Source of the DNA: Phoronis australis
Taxonomy: Eukaryota; Animalia; Phoronida
Assembly (NCBI GenBank): GCA_002633005.1
Contig: NMRA01000554.1
Coordinates: 186,001 to 250,000 of the forward strand
Length of the DNA stretch: 64,000 bases
Direction: 5' to 3'
The notes beneath the pieces were generated by a model that saw nothing but the letters and a program-made list of their open reading frames with translations, did not search any database and had not been told where the DNA came from. Both the position numbers and the translations under genes were made by a program. This document shows, piece by piece, positions 13,101 through 24,600 of this stretch. Each line of letters starts with the position of its first letter. Position 1 is the stretch's first letter.

Positions 13101-16100
13101 ACTTATTAATTGAATTAAGGAATTAGGGTGAGAATTTATCTCTTTTCACAACTTTCTGTGTTCATGACCACAGAGACCTGAGGCGACTCGTAGCATCGGT
13201 TTTCAATGCCAACTGTCGTATGTATGTAGACGCACAACTCCCTTAGGATCAAAACTACGTTTTGTCTTCGTTTTCCCCAGCACCATTCTATCACAAGTAC
13301 ACCTCGTTGGCTCAATGTTATGGCGACTTTGTGAATGAAAGGACTGAGGGTATACGAAGCTGCTCTGTACCTGGCGGGGAATTCGATTTAATTGAAATCC
13401 CTTTAACCTTTGACCTTGGATAAATAGTAAAAAAATATCCACACAGTTGTGCAGTTCGAAGGTGGTTCTGCTAAGGGCTGTTCCAGCAAAATCTGTGTGG
13501 GAGGGGGGAAAGGCAACTGAAATAAAAATTTATGGGTGGTTGCGTTTGATTTAAATTCAAAATGGCTGGTGGTCGTACTTCAAAAAAATAAAAATTTACA
13601 GGTCGTTGTTGTTTCATTGGGCCATAAATGTTTGATGGTGGGTAATTTTAGTAAATTTTATAAACAATCCGCACAGAATCAAAAACTGAAACAAAAATGC
13701 AACTTGCAAAAAGCTCCGACTTTTTCACTCCCTTCACTCTCATCGGCATGCCCCTAACACCAGTTAACCACAGGTGCTCGAATTTCTCGATGGCTAATAA
13801 CCGTATGTTTTCTTAGTAATGAATGACGTTAGTGGTGATGGAGGAACAGATAAACTCAAGCGCCTGTGCAGTCAACCACAAGAACAAAAAAATTACGGGT
13901 GGTTGCATTTCAAACTTATAAAAAATTACGCGTGGTAGGCTGAAGAAATAAATGAAAAATATGGGTGGTGGGTGCGAAAAAAGGTGCCTTCCCCCTCCCA
14001 TACAGATTTTACTGGAACAGCCCTAAATCTTTTTTTCTCGCTACGCGGTATATATTTTGTATTTGAAGTGTCCCGAGAATTAGGATAAGGTATTTTGCTA
14101 GACACAAGTGAAGTATTGCAAAAATGGCCAATTTTTGTTAATAAGGTTGGAGATAACCTTAAGCATGAAGATTAACTGTAGCAGCTGAGATTGAGTTTCT
14201 TTGTAAAGGTTCAAGTTTCTGTGTGCAGGACTATTATTGAGGGTTACATCTAATTGCTGTTGTTTGCTTTACAGAATGCATTCATGTGCAGCGTTGCCTT
14301 TATGTTTCTTTTGCGCACGTATTACGGAAGTCTTACATGGAAATATTATACATGGGGTTGTTTAATCTTGAAATTTGTGTTGTTTGCTTCTTGAGGCAGA
14401 ATCCAGGAAAATCTTCCTGGTCGAAACGTTCTGTTCGTGTGTATGCTCTGCACTCTGTTTTTGTGTGTATGTTCCACATACTTTAATGTTCTACCCTGGA
14501 ATGTTGGTTGGTGACAGATTGAATTTTGTTCCCCACACTGAACTATGGAGATTTGAAAAAAACTTCAATCACCCACTTACAAGATATTGGATGTTGCAAC
14601 ATGTGGGTTGAAGTATTGTTTGCACTTAGGTAGCTGGGTTCCTTGTTACTTATCAATGTCGTCATAGTAACAAGGGCTGGGCTAAATTTAATTGACGACT
14701 TTGGTTTGAGGCTGTGCATGATTTCCGTCTCATTTAGCCTTCTAAAATACATCAGAAATCAATATTGTGGTCTTCATTTTGCTAGTTCACCAAGTGCCGT
14801 GTGTGTGAGTGCCTGCGGCTTTGTGGTATTCGTACGTACTAATTGGGTCATTTGTTTTCTGCGCCCAGATATGGTCGAGGGTACAGTGGGTGACATGTCG
14901 GTGCTCGGCATCACGGAGTCATTCCAAGTAAAGCGGCAGGTCCTGATGAGTGCCGCTGAGGCCGCGGAGATGATCGTACGCATTGACGACATCATTAGAG
15001 CAGCTCCTCGCCAGCGTCTGCCGGACACACCCCACTAAGCCCCTCCGCAAAGCTTTCTCGTGCTCGGCCATGTCCTCATTTGCACTTTCACATGCTAGGC
15101 TCGCTTGCGTGCTATAGTGATTGCCGCTGCCTGTCTGCCACACACTGATTGCTCGCTTCTCAAGCTGCACTGTCATTGTGTGACCATTGCTTGATCAACA
15201 ACTCAAGCTTATAACATTTTTCATGTTCAGTTGTTTTTTGTAGGCACTGCTATAGCTGTAAAAAGTTTTGTTGCCTGTGTTGTACTGGATTAGCAGAATT
15301 TGTTTCTTTTTGGTTTCTGTTTGGTCTTTGGTGATGGAGATCTTGCCCCTGCCGTCTCATTCGATATCAAAAGATTTCACATTTGTGCTGCAACAGTCGC
15401 TTATTAATGTAATGTCTGCTTCCTCTGTATTGAGCTGGGTTTGTGCACTTCCAAGATTCTTTTGCTCTGCAGATTTGTTGTAGGTTCAGCCTTCAGCGTA
15501 TGGTCCTTATTGTGCCAGTTTGGTGATTCAACCGAATGGTCTTGGCAGTTGCGGAATTTCTGAGTTTGTGCATTCTGAGAATTTTGTGTGAGCTATGATT
15601 GCATGGTTCCTTCCTAAACTTTGTATGCAGGTGCTCTTCATGGCGGTAACTAGCTAATCTTTGTACAAGTGTATAATCAGTTCCTTTTTTCGGACTTTCC
15701 ATAGTCATGGTATACGGTATATGCCTCACAGTTTCTCCCTTATTTTTATTGTTGACACATTTCTAGAATGCTTGGCTGCTTCGACTATCAGACAACCAAG
15801 AGATTTGTTCTTGAAATTGTCTTGGAGATCAAATAATTTTAATTGGTTTCGCTGTTCCTGTAAAAATCCATGTGGGAGGGGGGGGAGCAATTGAAATAAA
15901 AATTTATGGGTGGTTGTGTTTGATTTAAATTCAAAATGGCTGGTGGTCGTACTTCAAAAAAATTAAAATTTACAGGTCGCTGTTGTGCCATAAATGTTTG
16001 ATGGTGGGTAAGTTTTATAAACAATCTGCACAGAATCAACAACTAAAACAAAAACACAACTTGCAAAAAGCGACTTTTTCACTCCCTCCAATCTCCCCAT

Positions 16101-17272
16101 CGGCATGCCCATAACACCAGTCAACCACAGGCGCTCGAATTTCTTGATGGCTAATAACTGTATATAAGAAACATGTTTTCTTAGTATTGAATGACGTCAG
16201 TGGTGATCGAGGAACAGCAATACTCAAGCGCCTGTGCAGTCAACCACAAGAACAACAAAAAATTACGGATGGTTGCATTTCAAAGTTACAGGTGGTGGGC
16301 TGAAGAAATAATTGAAAAAAACAGGTGGTGGGTGCGAAAAACAAATGCCTTCCCCCCTCCCATACAGATTTTACTGGAACAGCCCTAAGTTGTTTAGCTC
16401 ATCAGGCAGAATGGAAAAGTTTCAAGCTGTATTTCTCCCCATTTTTTGCTGTCAAAGTAAAATTCAATTACTTTTATGTAAAATTGATCTCAAAATTTTC
16501 CTCACGACAGGACTGTTGTTTCCAAGAACATACACTTCCTCAACAGGTTAAGAAATGCGTCGATTGGCCAACCCTGAAATGGGAAAATGGCGCGCAGGAC
16601 TTACATTCATCAACAGGTCAATCACGAGACACGACCATGACCATTTCTCACAAGTACATCACAGATCAGCTGCAGGTTTTAGCTCTTCAGTTATGAGCTT
16701 TAAGTGAGACACAAAACAATTCATAAGGCTGTGTGTTGCAAAGCTTTTGTCATGCGTACAGTATTTTTCAAAAAAAAACTTTTGAATTTTATCAATGAAA
16801 ATCTGGTAAATTTGAAAACAAAATTTTGCCATCTCTCATCAAAGGCACATTTTAAACTGTTTCTGCCATATTTCAGTTTTGAGAAAAAATTGGGAACGAG
16901 GATAAATTGATTGTAATGTATTTTCGCATTCTCATTAAAACTACTACCGTATATTTACCAATTATTTTGATAACTACTGTATGTCTGTGCTTTTCCACCA
17001 CTTGCTTTTCCGCTCTATACAGTGGATGTCAGCTGTACCCCATAGGTGGCGCTTATACTGTATTGTTGTCAGTTATTGCATGCCCTCTGTTGTGCTATTC
17101 AGACATGAATGAGGGGACTGTAGGCGACATGGCCGTCCTGGGCATCACCGAGTCGTTCCAAGTGAAGCGTCAAGTCCTGATGAGTGCGTCCGAGGCCGCA
17201 GAGATGATCGTGCGTGTCGATGACATCGTCAGAGCAGCGCCGAGACAACGCCAGCCGGACCACTGCATGTGA
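3062..17272 (+). CDS. CCT2: T-complex protein 1 subunit beta (CCT-beta), spliced, about 530 aa with either last exon
   Basis: Exons joined at GT-AG with consistent phase: 3062-3064 (ATG only), 5728(or 5734)-5790, 6456-6521, 6896-7007, 7211-7287, 7774-7886, 8783-8909, 9211-9387, 10427-10554, 10893-11104, 11461-11601, 11816-12019, then 14869-15038 or 17103-17272 (total 1593 nt). Chaperonin motifs [31 protein letters not shown]; CCT2-typical [47 protein letters not shown]. Confidence 0.96.
3403..3417. promoter_or_regulatory. Heat-shock element (nTTCnnGAAnnTTCn) in CCT2 intron 1
   Basis: TTC-ca-GAA-ta-TTC at 3404-3416, about 340 nt downstream of the CCT2 ATG. Confidence 0.5.
3558..3821 (+). mobile_element. 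Single arm of the 31586-32176 element ending in hairpin + CTAG
   Basis: Aligns by eye with 31930-32130. GC-rich stem CATCGCCTCTG/CAGAGGCGATG (3777-3809), then CTAG (3818-3821). Confidence 0.6.
4087..4116. repeat. (TA)n microsatellite
   Basis: Interrupted TA run. Confidence 0.8.
4810..4995. mobile_element. Small inverted-repeat element (MITE-like)
   Basis: CCACTAAATAACACCT...GGTAAAAG pairs with CTTTTACC...AGGTGTTATTTAGTGG. Confidence 0.5.
6161..6309. mobile_element. Tc1/mariner-type short MITE
   Basis: Right end CGAGGTTTGACTG|TA, degenerate left end TA|CAATTGAACCTTG. A related CAGTCAAACCT end occurs at 38813. Confidence 0.45.
8623..8770. repeat. About 36-bp minisatellite, about 4 units
   Basis: TCTGGACATACTCTCTGTCCTGGTCTACACTCTG-like units of 34-38 bp, ending about 12 nt before CCT2 exon 7. 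Confidence 0.85.
9864..10188. repeat. GC-rich 17-bp minisatellite (consensus near CCATACTGCCGTGACGA), about 19 units
   Basis: Direct tandem units with no spacers, in CCT2 intron 8. Confidence 0.9.
12220..14158. mobile_element. TTAA-flanked (Kolobok-like) non-autonomous element in CCT2 intron 12
   Basis: TTAA|GGTTATCTCCAACC ... GGTTGGAGATAACC|TTAA, a perfect 14-bp TIR. No coding capacity seen. Confidence 0.75.
13475..14023. mobile_element. PIF/Harbinger-type MITE, copy 1 (nested in the TTAA element)
   Basis: TAA|GGGCTGTTCCAG...CTGGAACAGCCC|TAA, 3-bp TAA target duplication, multiple copies in the window. Confidence 0.8.
14869..15038 (+). CDS. CCT2: CCT2 alternative terminal coding exon A
   Basis: Acceptor ttttctgcgcccAG with a TACTAAT branch-point match at 14837-14843. 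Phase 1 fits exon 11816-12019. Encodes (N)[55 protein letters not shown]. Confidence 0.85.
15851..16385. mobile_element. PIF/Harbinger-type MITE, copy 2 (between CCT2 exons A and B)
   Basis: Same family and orientation as 13475-14023. Right TIR CTGGAACAGCCC|TAA is intact and the left end is eroded. Confidence 0.78.
17103..17272 (+). CDS. CCT2: CCT2 alternative terminal coding exon B
   Basis: Acceptor ctctgttgtgctattcAG, phase 1. Encodes (N)[55 protein letters not shown]. Confidence 0.88.
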
Positions 17273-20200
17273 CAAGCCAGCAACTATATTCAGGAATTGT
17301 TTACGCAATTCATAAAATTAGTGGCTTTAATATGAAACTCTAAATTATGCATTAATGATTTGTAATTTTGGATTGTGCCGTTTTTTTAACATTGTATGCC
17401 GTTTTTTTTTTTTGTTTCTGTCATGTACACGTGTCTCATAGACAAATAGACTTGTAAAGAGAAATTATGGACTTTTCTTCTAAATACCGATGCTCGCAGA
17501 TATCTTTCTCATCATATCAATCTTTAATACTGACTGTTAAAACTGTTTTTGACAATGAAAGTTCAAATGCCAACTTGTAACTGCTTTTTCTGGTTGCAAG
17601 CAGACTGTAAATTCACCTATCGTCACAAAAACTTTTGATTTAGACCACTCACAGTTATGGAATAGGTCTCAAATTGTTACTTCGCCAAATTAAAGGTCAT
17701 TTCTGGGCATAGAAACAGCTGACAGTTCATAACTGCCAGAGACCAAGCTCTTTAAGTTGGCTTGTAATGTTGCTGAGCATGGTCCCAAGCAATAACAAAC
17801 TGGCTTCTTTCCAAGCCCAGGAATCATTTCTCATCTGAGTTATTAATAAGCAGAGACCTGTTTAATAGCTGTAAGCTGTCTCAATCAAAAGTTAGTTTCT
17901 CTGAATACAGGTTTGCAGTTGCTTTCAGTGAGCTCACATGAATATTACTGTTAAACCAGCTGCAATGTTACGCAGTGCATTTTCTTTTCACACTTTCACA
18001 AACTTGGTAGCTTACACTGACTGTTTTCTTATTACATTTTCGAGTCAATCATTCAAATCAAATTTGTTCACAGGATTTTGACTCAATTAGTGCACAGAAC
18101 TGCTGGTCAATTGCAGTATCACTACAGTTAATGGTAGACAAGAAAATAGAATTTCCTCAACATGGCTACACACATACTCCTACCATTCTCCCAATCCCAG
18201 GTGGAGCTTGCTCAATAATATCTAGTCACTCGGGAGACTTGCGGTGAGGCGTCTTGACAAGTGTTTAATGAGCCAGTTACTGTAAAGTAGTGTTGCAATA
18301 ATTTGACAAGTAGTCTTCGGTACTTTTTTAAAGAAAACCGTTGAATGGAAATAAATTCAAAGACAGTAAAATTTCACGTTCACGAGGCAATATCTGCACG
18401 GGTGTGGAAATCTGTCTAGTATAGCTAAAGAAGTTTCAGGTATAGTGAAAATAGTCAAATAAAGGGAACACTGTCACCTCGGTCGTCTAGTAGTATAGAG
18501 CAGTCGTTGGCTGGAGAAACAATATCCGTCTTTGATCTGGTCTTGCCTACAATCGTGAACAACCTTACCAGTACCCACTGGCGTCACTCAAAACTGATTC
18601 AGAATCTAGCTTCGAATCTTAAACGGTTAATGATTGATTGATCAGGAAAAAAATCTGGTTTTCACCACTAGTGTTCATAGCTTGCCTGTGATGTTACTGG
18701 ACAGACACAGTTATTGAATAAATTCCTCACATCTTACGTCAATGCTGAATGTTGTTGAATGAGATTAGGACACAAACCTGGGGTTTTTAAACTCAGTTTT
18801 ATTCTCAATTCCCCTCACTTGTCAAATGCAACTGTAATGAACTGATGGAAATAAGACAATGATTGTCCCTTTTACGACAGTAATGCTCGAAGAAATTAAC
18901 TTGAACGTATATTTTCCACCTTAGTATCGATCAACCCCTTTTATTACTTTGAAATATATAGCATTTGTGAAGCACAAAATCATACAGCTCTTATACAAGA
19001 CCAAGACAAAAATTGCACAGAAATAGATTGGAGTAACAAAATAAAGAGAATATGACATAATTATGGAACATGCAACAGTCTTTTGAAGAAGCTGAACTTG
19101 GTACAAACAGGCCAAAGAGTACAGCCAAGGTTATGTAGAACCTTCTCCAAAACACTAAAAACAGGATTTTTTAAAAATATTCCACTTCTGCACGAGAATC
19201 TATCAAAACTAGGACTAGTATTATTATTACGAAGAAACAAAAAGGAAATGATAACTCATAAATCTGTTTTTGAGATTTTATCTCGGAACGCTTACAATAC
19301 TTATTATTGATCCTATTGTTTTGCTTTGAATGTTCCCTTTTCACTAAATTTTAATAAAAAAGCAGGCCATGTAACCTAATTAAAAGCACATTTGTATAAA
19401 GACAAAAATCAAATTTTACATTTCTACTTTAAGAAAATGTATGCTTTTGCGGAGTTAAATTCATTTTGTGGATATTTGGCTAAATAAACAGTCTTGTCAA
19501 TAAGGTCCTACATAATCTTGAATAACTAATAATTTGACACAAGTGTTCGAATACCCTATTACCATAAACACATACAAGTTAATACATGGTCACAGATATT
19601 TTAAAAATTCTTGGTTTTTAAAATGAATTCGATGGAGAACAAGAGCTAAGGAGTGACAAAAAATAAATAAATAAATCTGGGAATATTTGAACACAAAAAG
19701 AGATGTCTTGTACACAATGAAATCCACTTCATAAATTGAAACCTAAAAGACGCTGACCAACTATTCCCATGGTGCAAAATGTTACGATGTCTGTCGTGGA
19801 GACACGCAAAACCAACAAGAAGGGGAAATGTGATGATCAAAAGGACTGGTCAGGACATAACTTCCTCGCCCTATGCAATTTTGAATAGAACCTGGTTCCT
19901 TCTGATGGTTATTGCAGAGTCAGTGACAATCTCCCACCAGCACAAAAAGCTCTGAATCTGAATTATTTATGGGTATTTCTCAAGACTTGATGAACACAGC
20001 AACAAAGTTCAATTTCAAATGGCCAATCCACAATGCCAAGACCACGGTAACTCTGCCTCCCATTCCAGTGTCAGCTTCTCTCCATGCAGCCAATTGCGAT
20101 TTCAATGAAGGCACGAGTTGACCACGAGATGTCTTGTTGTTGTTTAAATTAAATAGTTGGGTCTTGATGTTTGTGTATGTTGTCTCATAACACGCTCCTC

Positions 20201-21629
20201 TCCAATATCCTTTCAATGTCTGAATGTTGTGCTGATACCCTAAGAACTACTAGTTATAGTGTTCAATAACCATACTTGTCCTGTAAGAAAGCATCAGTTG
20301 TGATCAAACTGTCGTATATTGATGAATGGCTCAAATTTGAAAAATCAAGAACTATGCTCCTATTCAAATGTCTATACCACACTGGACTGTTAAAAGCACA
20401 CAGCCAAGAAAGTGCCCAAAGTAATGTCTGTACGAGCCCAAATCACTACTCATCTGTGTTGTGTGCAGTTTTCAGCTGATGTGTGACATGTTACACGTAT
20501 CACTGCTGAAACAAACTAGTTTTTTTCATGCATTTCGCCGTGTCCACTTATTCAGACTGGTGGCTATTTTGGACGTCTAGAGGTCAGTTTCATGAAAAAT
20601 GACTTTAGACTTGAGACAGAAATACATAAGTATTTCTCAAAGATAATTAAAACTCACAAGCAAAAGAACAAAGTATCTGAGAATATACCCACAACTGCTA
20701 ATTACTGGCAAAATTTGTACAAATTATTTCCATGCAGCGACGTGGTAATAATTACGTAACTGAACCTTTATTTGGTGTTAAATTGTCAACTAGAAGCGCA
20801 AGACCAAATTTCTGTCTCAAGTCACCTTTCATGAAACAGACTGCAGTGTTCTTAATTTCATAAGTGCACAGTGTACGTAAATCATCAAATACAGATTGTG
20901 CATCAGACTGCCCTCCAACAAGCAAATTAACCGACAGGCAATATATAAAGTACATGAAGTTACCAAGCTGTTACCTAGCCCTGAGCTCCAACCTTGCAAC
21001 AATACCGAGTTGGCACTTAAGATCCTATGTAAAAATTTCATTTGTTTGGTCTGCTTCGAGTAGACCAAATAGCTGCTGCAGACGAGCTGACAATTGACCT
21101 TAAATCTAATAGAAGAATAAGTTTGGTTTTGGATTCCAATCTATACTACACCGTCAACTCCAGCTAGGCATACGGCCGGCACCGGTAAAACAGAATAATG
21201 GAAACTACATTTTGTTCACAAATTACAGTTGAGAAAAACTGCTTGTCCTCACAACTCCTTCACAAAGTGTCTGGGCAAGAAAACTGTGGCAAGAAACTGT
21301 CAACAGACTTGTAATCCATGTTATACAAATCTGCACTTTTGACATATCAATTTTGAACTCTTATTTGATACAATATCAAAACAACGACGGATTGCTACAA
21401 AACAATGATTTAAAGCTCCACATAGTAATAACTACGCCAAGTCAAAATCAGCAGCTTCATAAAGGAATAAATTCTGTTTGCGGGAGCAAATATAGCTAAA
21501 AGGTGCACTCAATGAACTCTAGTCCCTCACTAATGCTGTCGCACCGATGTAATAGGAACAACAAATCATATTAACACAACTTGTAAGGTGTACAAGACAA
21601 CTGGAGTAGCAACGCTGCATTCAACTCAC

Positions 21630-24600
21630 CTGTAGTGATGACATGACCCCACTTGCCAGGTTAGATAGTTTCCCCGCTACCTTCGTTACTCCCTGCTTTA
21701 CACTATCCTTGACATCGGACAGGTCGTGTGTGTTGTAAGATGAAGCTGATGAGCGCTTGCCGTCACCAAAATAGTCTGCACTTGATATACTGTGACTACC
21801 ATCAAACCGCGCCATGTTCATACGTTTCTCAAACTGCAAATTGAAATGTCTAGATAAAGTACTGCTTGCGGTGTTTTAATGAACAAGTGCCAAACTAAGG
21901 AATCGGAATAACTGACTTGACAATATATTTTCAACAACAATCTACTCATTTTGACATCAAGATTTACAATGGCAGCCAACACAATGGAAAGTGACACTGA
22001 AAACTGTCACATGATTACCTTCTCAGTCTAGTTCTACACAGCCAAATCAAAGTAATGAACCAAGCTGACCAAAGTTACTGTCTTTTCTAAAGCTACTTTT
22101 AAAAAAATAGTATAGCATTTGATGTACCCTTTAGTCACCACTTACATCATTGTCTTTCTGATCTCCGAAGAATTGGTCGGAGGAGATGGATTTGGCGTTT
22201 CCAAACTTTTTATGAGCATCGTCAGATGGAGGAGGTGCATCATATGTTTTACGACTTCGACTTTTCCTGTTAACGAAATGAAATTAAACTTGTAATGCAA
22301 ATAAGCTTGGGCTCTAGGCTTGCTACTGGCTACAGTGGACGGGATCGACACCATCACTTCTTTCTGCAGAACAATTATGTATCAAAGAAAGCATAAGTCT
22401 AACAATGCCTACTGAATGCATGCAGGGCTTAACTTAGGGATACGTTCACTTACGTGTGTGAGTCATCAAAGGTAGAGAGACTTCATGCTCAATTCAGCAA
22501 TGCATGTCAATAACATGTTAGCATACAAACCTAAAGTTCACCTGATTCAGGGGCAGTACATTACTTAAAACATTTTTGGGCAATTCCATTATTTGCCTAG
22601 GCCTCCATAACAATATAATATACAGTGGGATCTCTTATTGCGTCTTGAAGTTGATTTCATAACAATTTGCCCCTCCGCTGAGCTGAAAATACCACAAGAT
22701 CTCCCTTCTTATAGACTTCAATCTTAAAGCAATTTCACAGAATTTTGTGCTCAATAGAGGGGAAATAAATGTGAGAGTACTTCCTGTAGTTTACAGCACA
22801 TGTATGAAATATGTGGATAGCGCGTACCTTTTGTCATCAATGTTGTGCGAGGGAATCTCCTCAATAGTACTGCTCTGTTTCTTCTCGAACCTGTCCATGT
22901 CCCAAGAGGAAGAGGACTTGCCCCAACCAAAGTCATCGCCACTACTGAATGGGCTGCTCTTGTACCTGATAAACAGCATGAGGAACAGATACGTGACAAG
23001 TGTTAGGCTCCAGTGCGGAACAGCAAGCTTGGATCCACTAATTAGGTCGTTGGCTATTTGTACGATGAGTTTAATACAGTACACTGCCAATGGCTTGTAT
23101 GAACGAAAAATGAGTAAAAAGATGATGACAACAATTCTAAATAGGACAATAACAAATAGCATAGCTTTGCCTAACATCTGCAGTTGTGCATCAACTGACA
23201 TGGCAAGTGACTCGGCTTGCTGATAATCTTGTGTTAATATTTACAATAATGAGACACTTGCCTACATCGTCGGCAAAAATATTTTCTTCATAGCGCAACA
23301 GACAATTCTACATTGCTAATTTATAAGTTCGTATGAAATGCTGCTAAGATGTTATTCTTTACAGAGAATGCCACAACTCACTTGGGAGGCTTAGAGACCA
23401 TCTCAAACTCGTCTTCAAAGAAGTCTTTCTCATGGTTACCATGACGATCATCAGGATCGCCGTAGCGCTCTCTGTCTCTCCTACTGGATTTGACTCTATC
23501 TGGCATTTCTTGTTCTATTGTCTTCATGTCGGAGAATGCTGAATGACTGACAGTTCTATGAAAACAAAAAAGCTGAGAGACTACAAAAGCAACTCCTGAG
23601 CCCTAGCAACAGTTGGTTCACCATACATCAAGTAATGTATAAACATTGTACATAGGGCATCCTGAAGAACTCCATGTGAAGTGTTGTCGGGAGCACTACA
23701 CGTGCTGTATTCGGGTCTGAAACCATTATTCAGTCTGAAAAAATATCCCCCAGATTTCAGGAACAAAACTGCCACAATTTGAGCAAAAACCTATAAAAAA
23801 GCATAAGTCACACAATGCACAAGTCAGATTTTTGTTTATCTCGCATCAAGATCTGCAGTACCATTGTACACTCCACCCTCCAGATAGGTTGGTTTTCACT
23901 TCACTCTGGATCAGACTTACAGACGTTCTACGTCACATGTTCTAAGCTGTATTGTGCATATCAACTTATTTGTAGCATTGCCATCATTAGACATTAGCTA
24001 ACTTCAGATGCTCTTACACCAGTGATGGTACCATGATAAAACCATAGCTCCATTAGAACTACCTTACCTATCACCTCCGAAGCCCATGCCTAACCTCTCC
24101 ATCTGTTCTCTTTTCTTAGGGTCCATGTTCTTAAAACTCTCTTCTCTCTTTTTGCTCTCCAGGCTGAGGTCCTTATAGGCGAGTCGCATGGCAGCCCTAA
24201 GAATGGATTGTAAATCAATGACAGTAACACCACCAAAAGCAAGCACGGATAACTGTCGTGTGGTGAAAATGTGAATGAATGATAGAAGACTGGAATTCTT
24301 AAAGGGGAAAGCAAGTGATTACGCGATTACCACATTTAACATAAAAATCCTTGGATAGACCAAAAAAAAGCAAAGATTGCCGAGATCTTTACCCCGACTC
24401 ACTTGGAAACCAGCACTTGCAGGTCCAAATCGATTTCAGCTGAAGCACAAAAGCAATGTTTGAAACACCGTGATACATCAAGCGATGAGTAGAGAAATCC
24501 CAGATCATTTTTGCTCGTCTCAGGTGGATTCTCTTTGAAAAAGTGAGCAACTAAAATTACAGCACCAATGACAGTTTTCAAAAAACACAGACCAGAACCA

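Noticed and set aside
17258-17272. CaaX prenylation signal at the end of CCT2 exon B (DHCM)
   Set aside because: Cys is second from the end, not fourth.
14869-17272. CCT2 exon duplication as an assembly artefact or processed pseudogene
   Set aside because: Divergence is far above allelic level and mostly synonymous, the flanks are unrelated, both acceptors sit at the same codon position, and there is no N join or poly(A) relic.
18921-18940. ...VDRY* as the ARFGAP2/3 final exon
   Set aside because: No in-phase AG acceptor or pyrimidine tract before the DRY codons.
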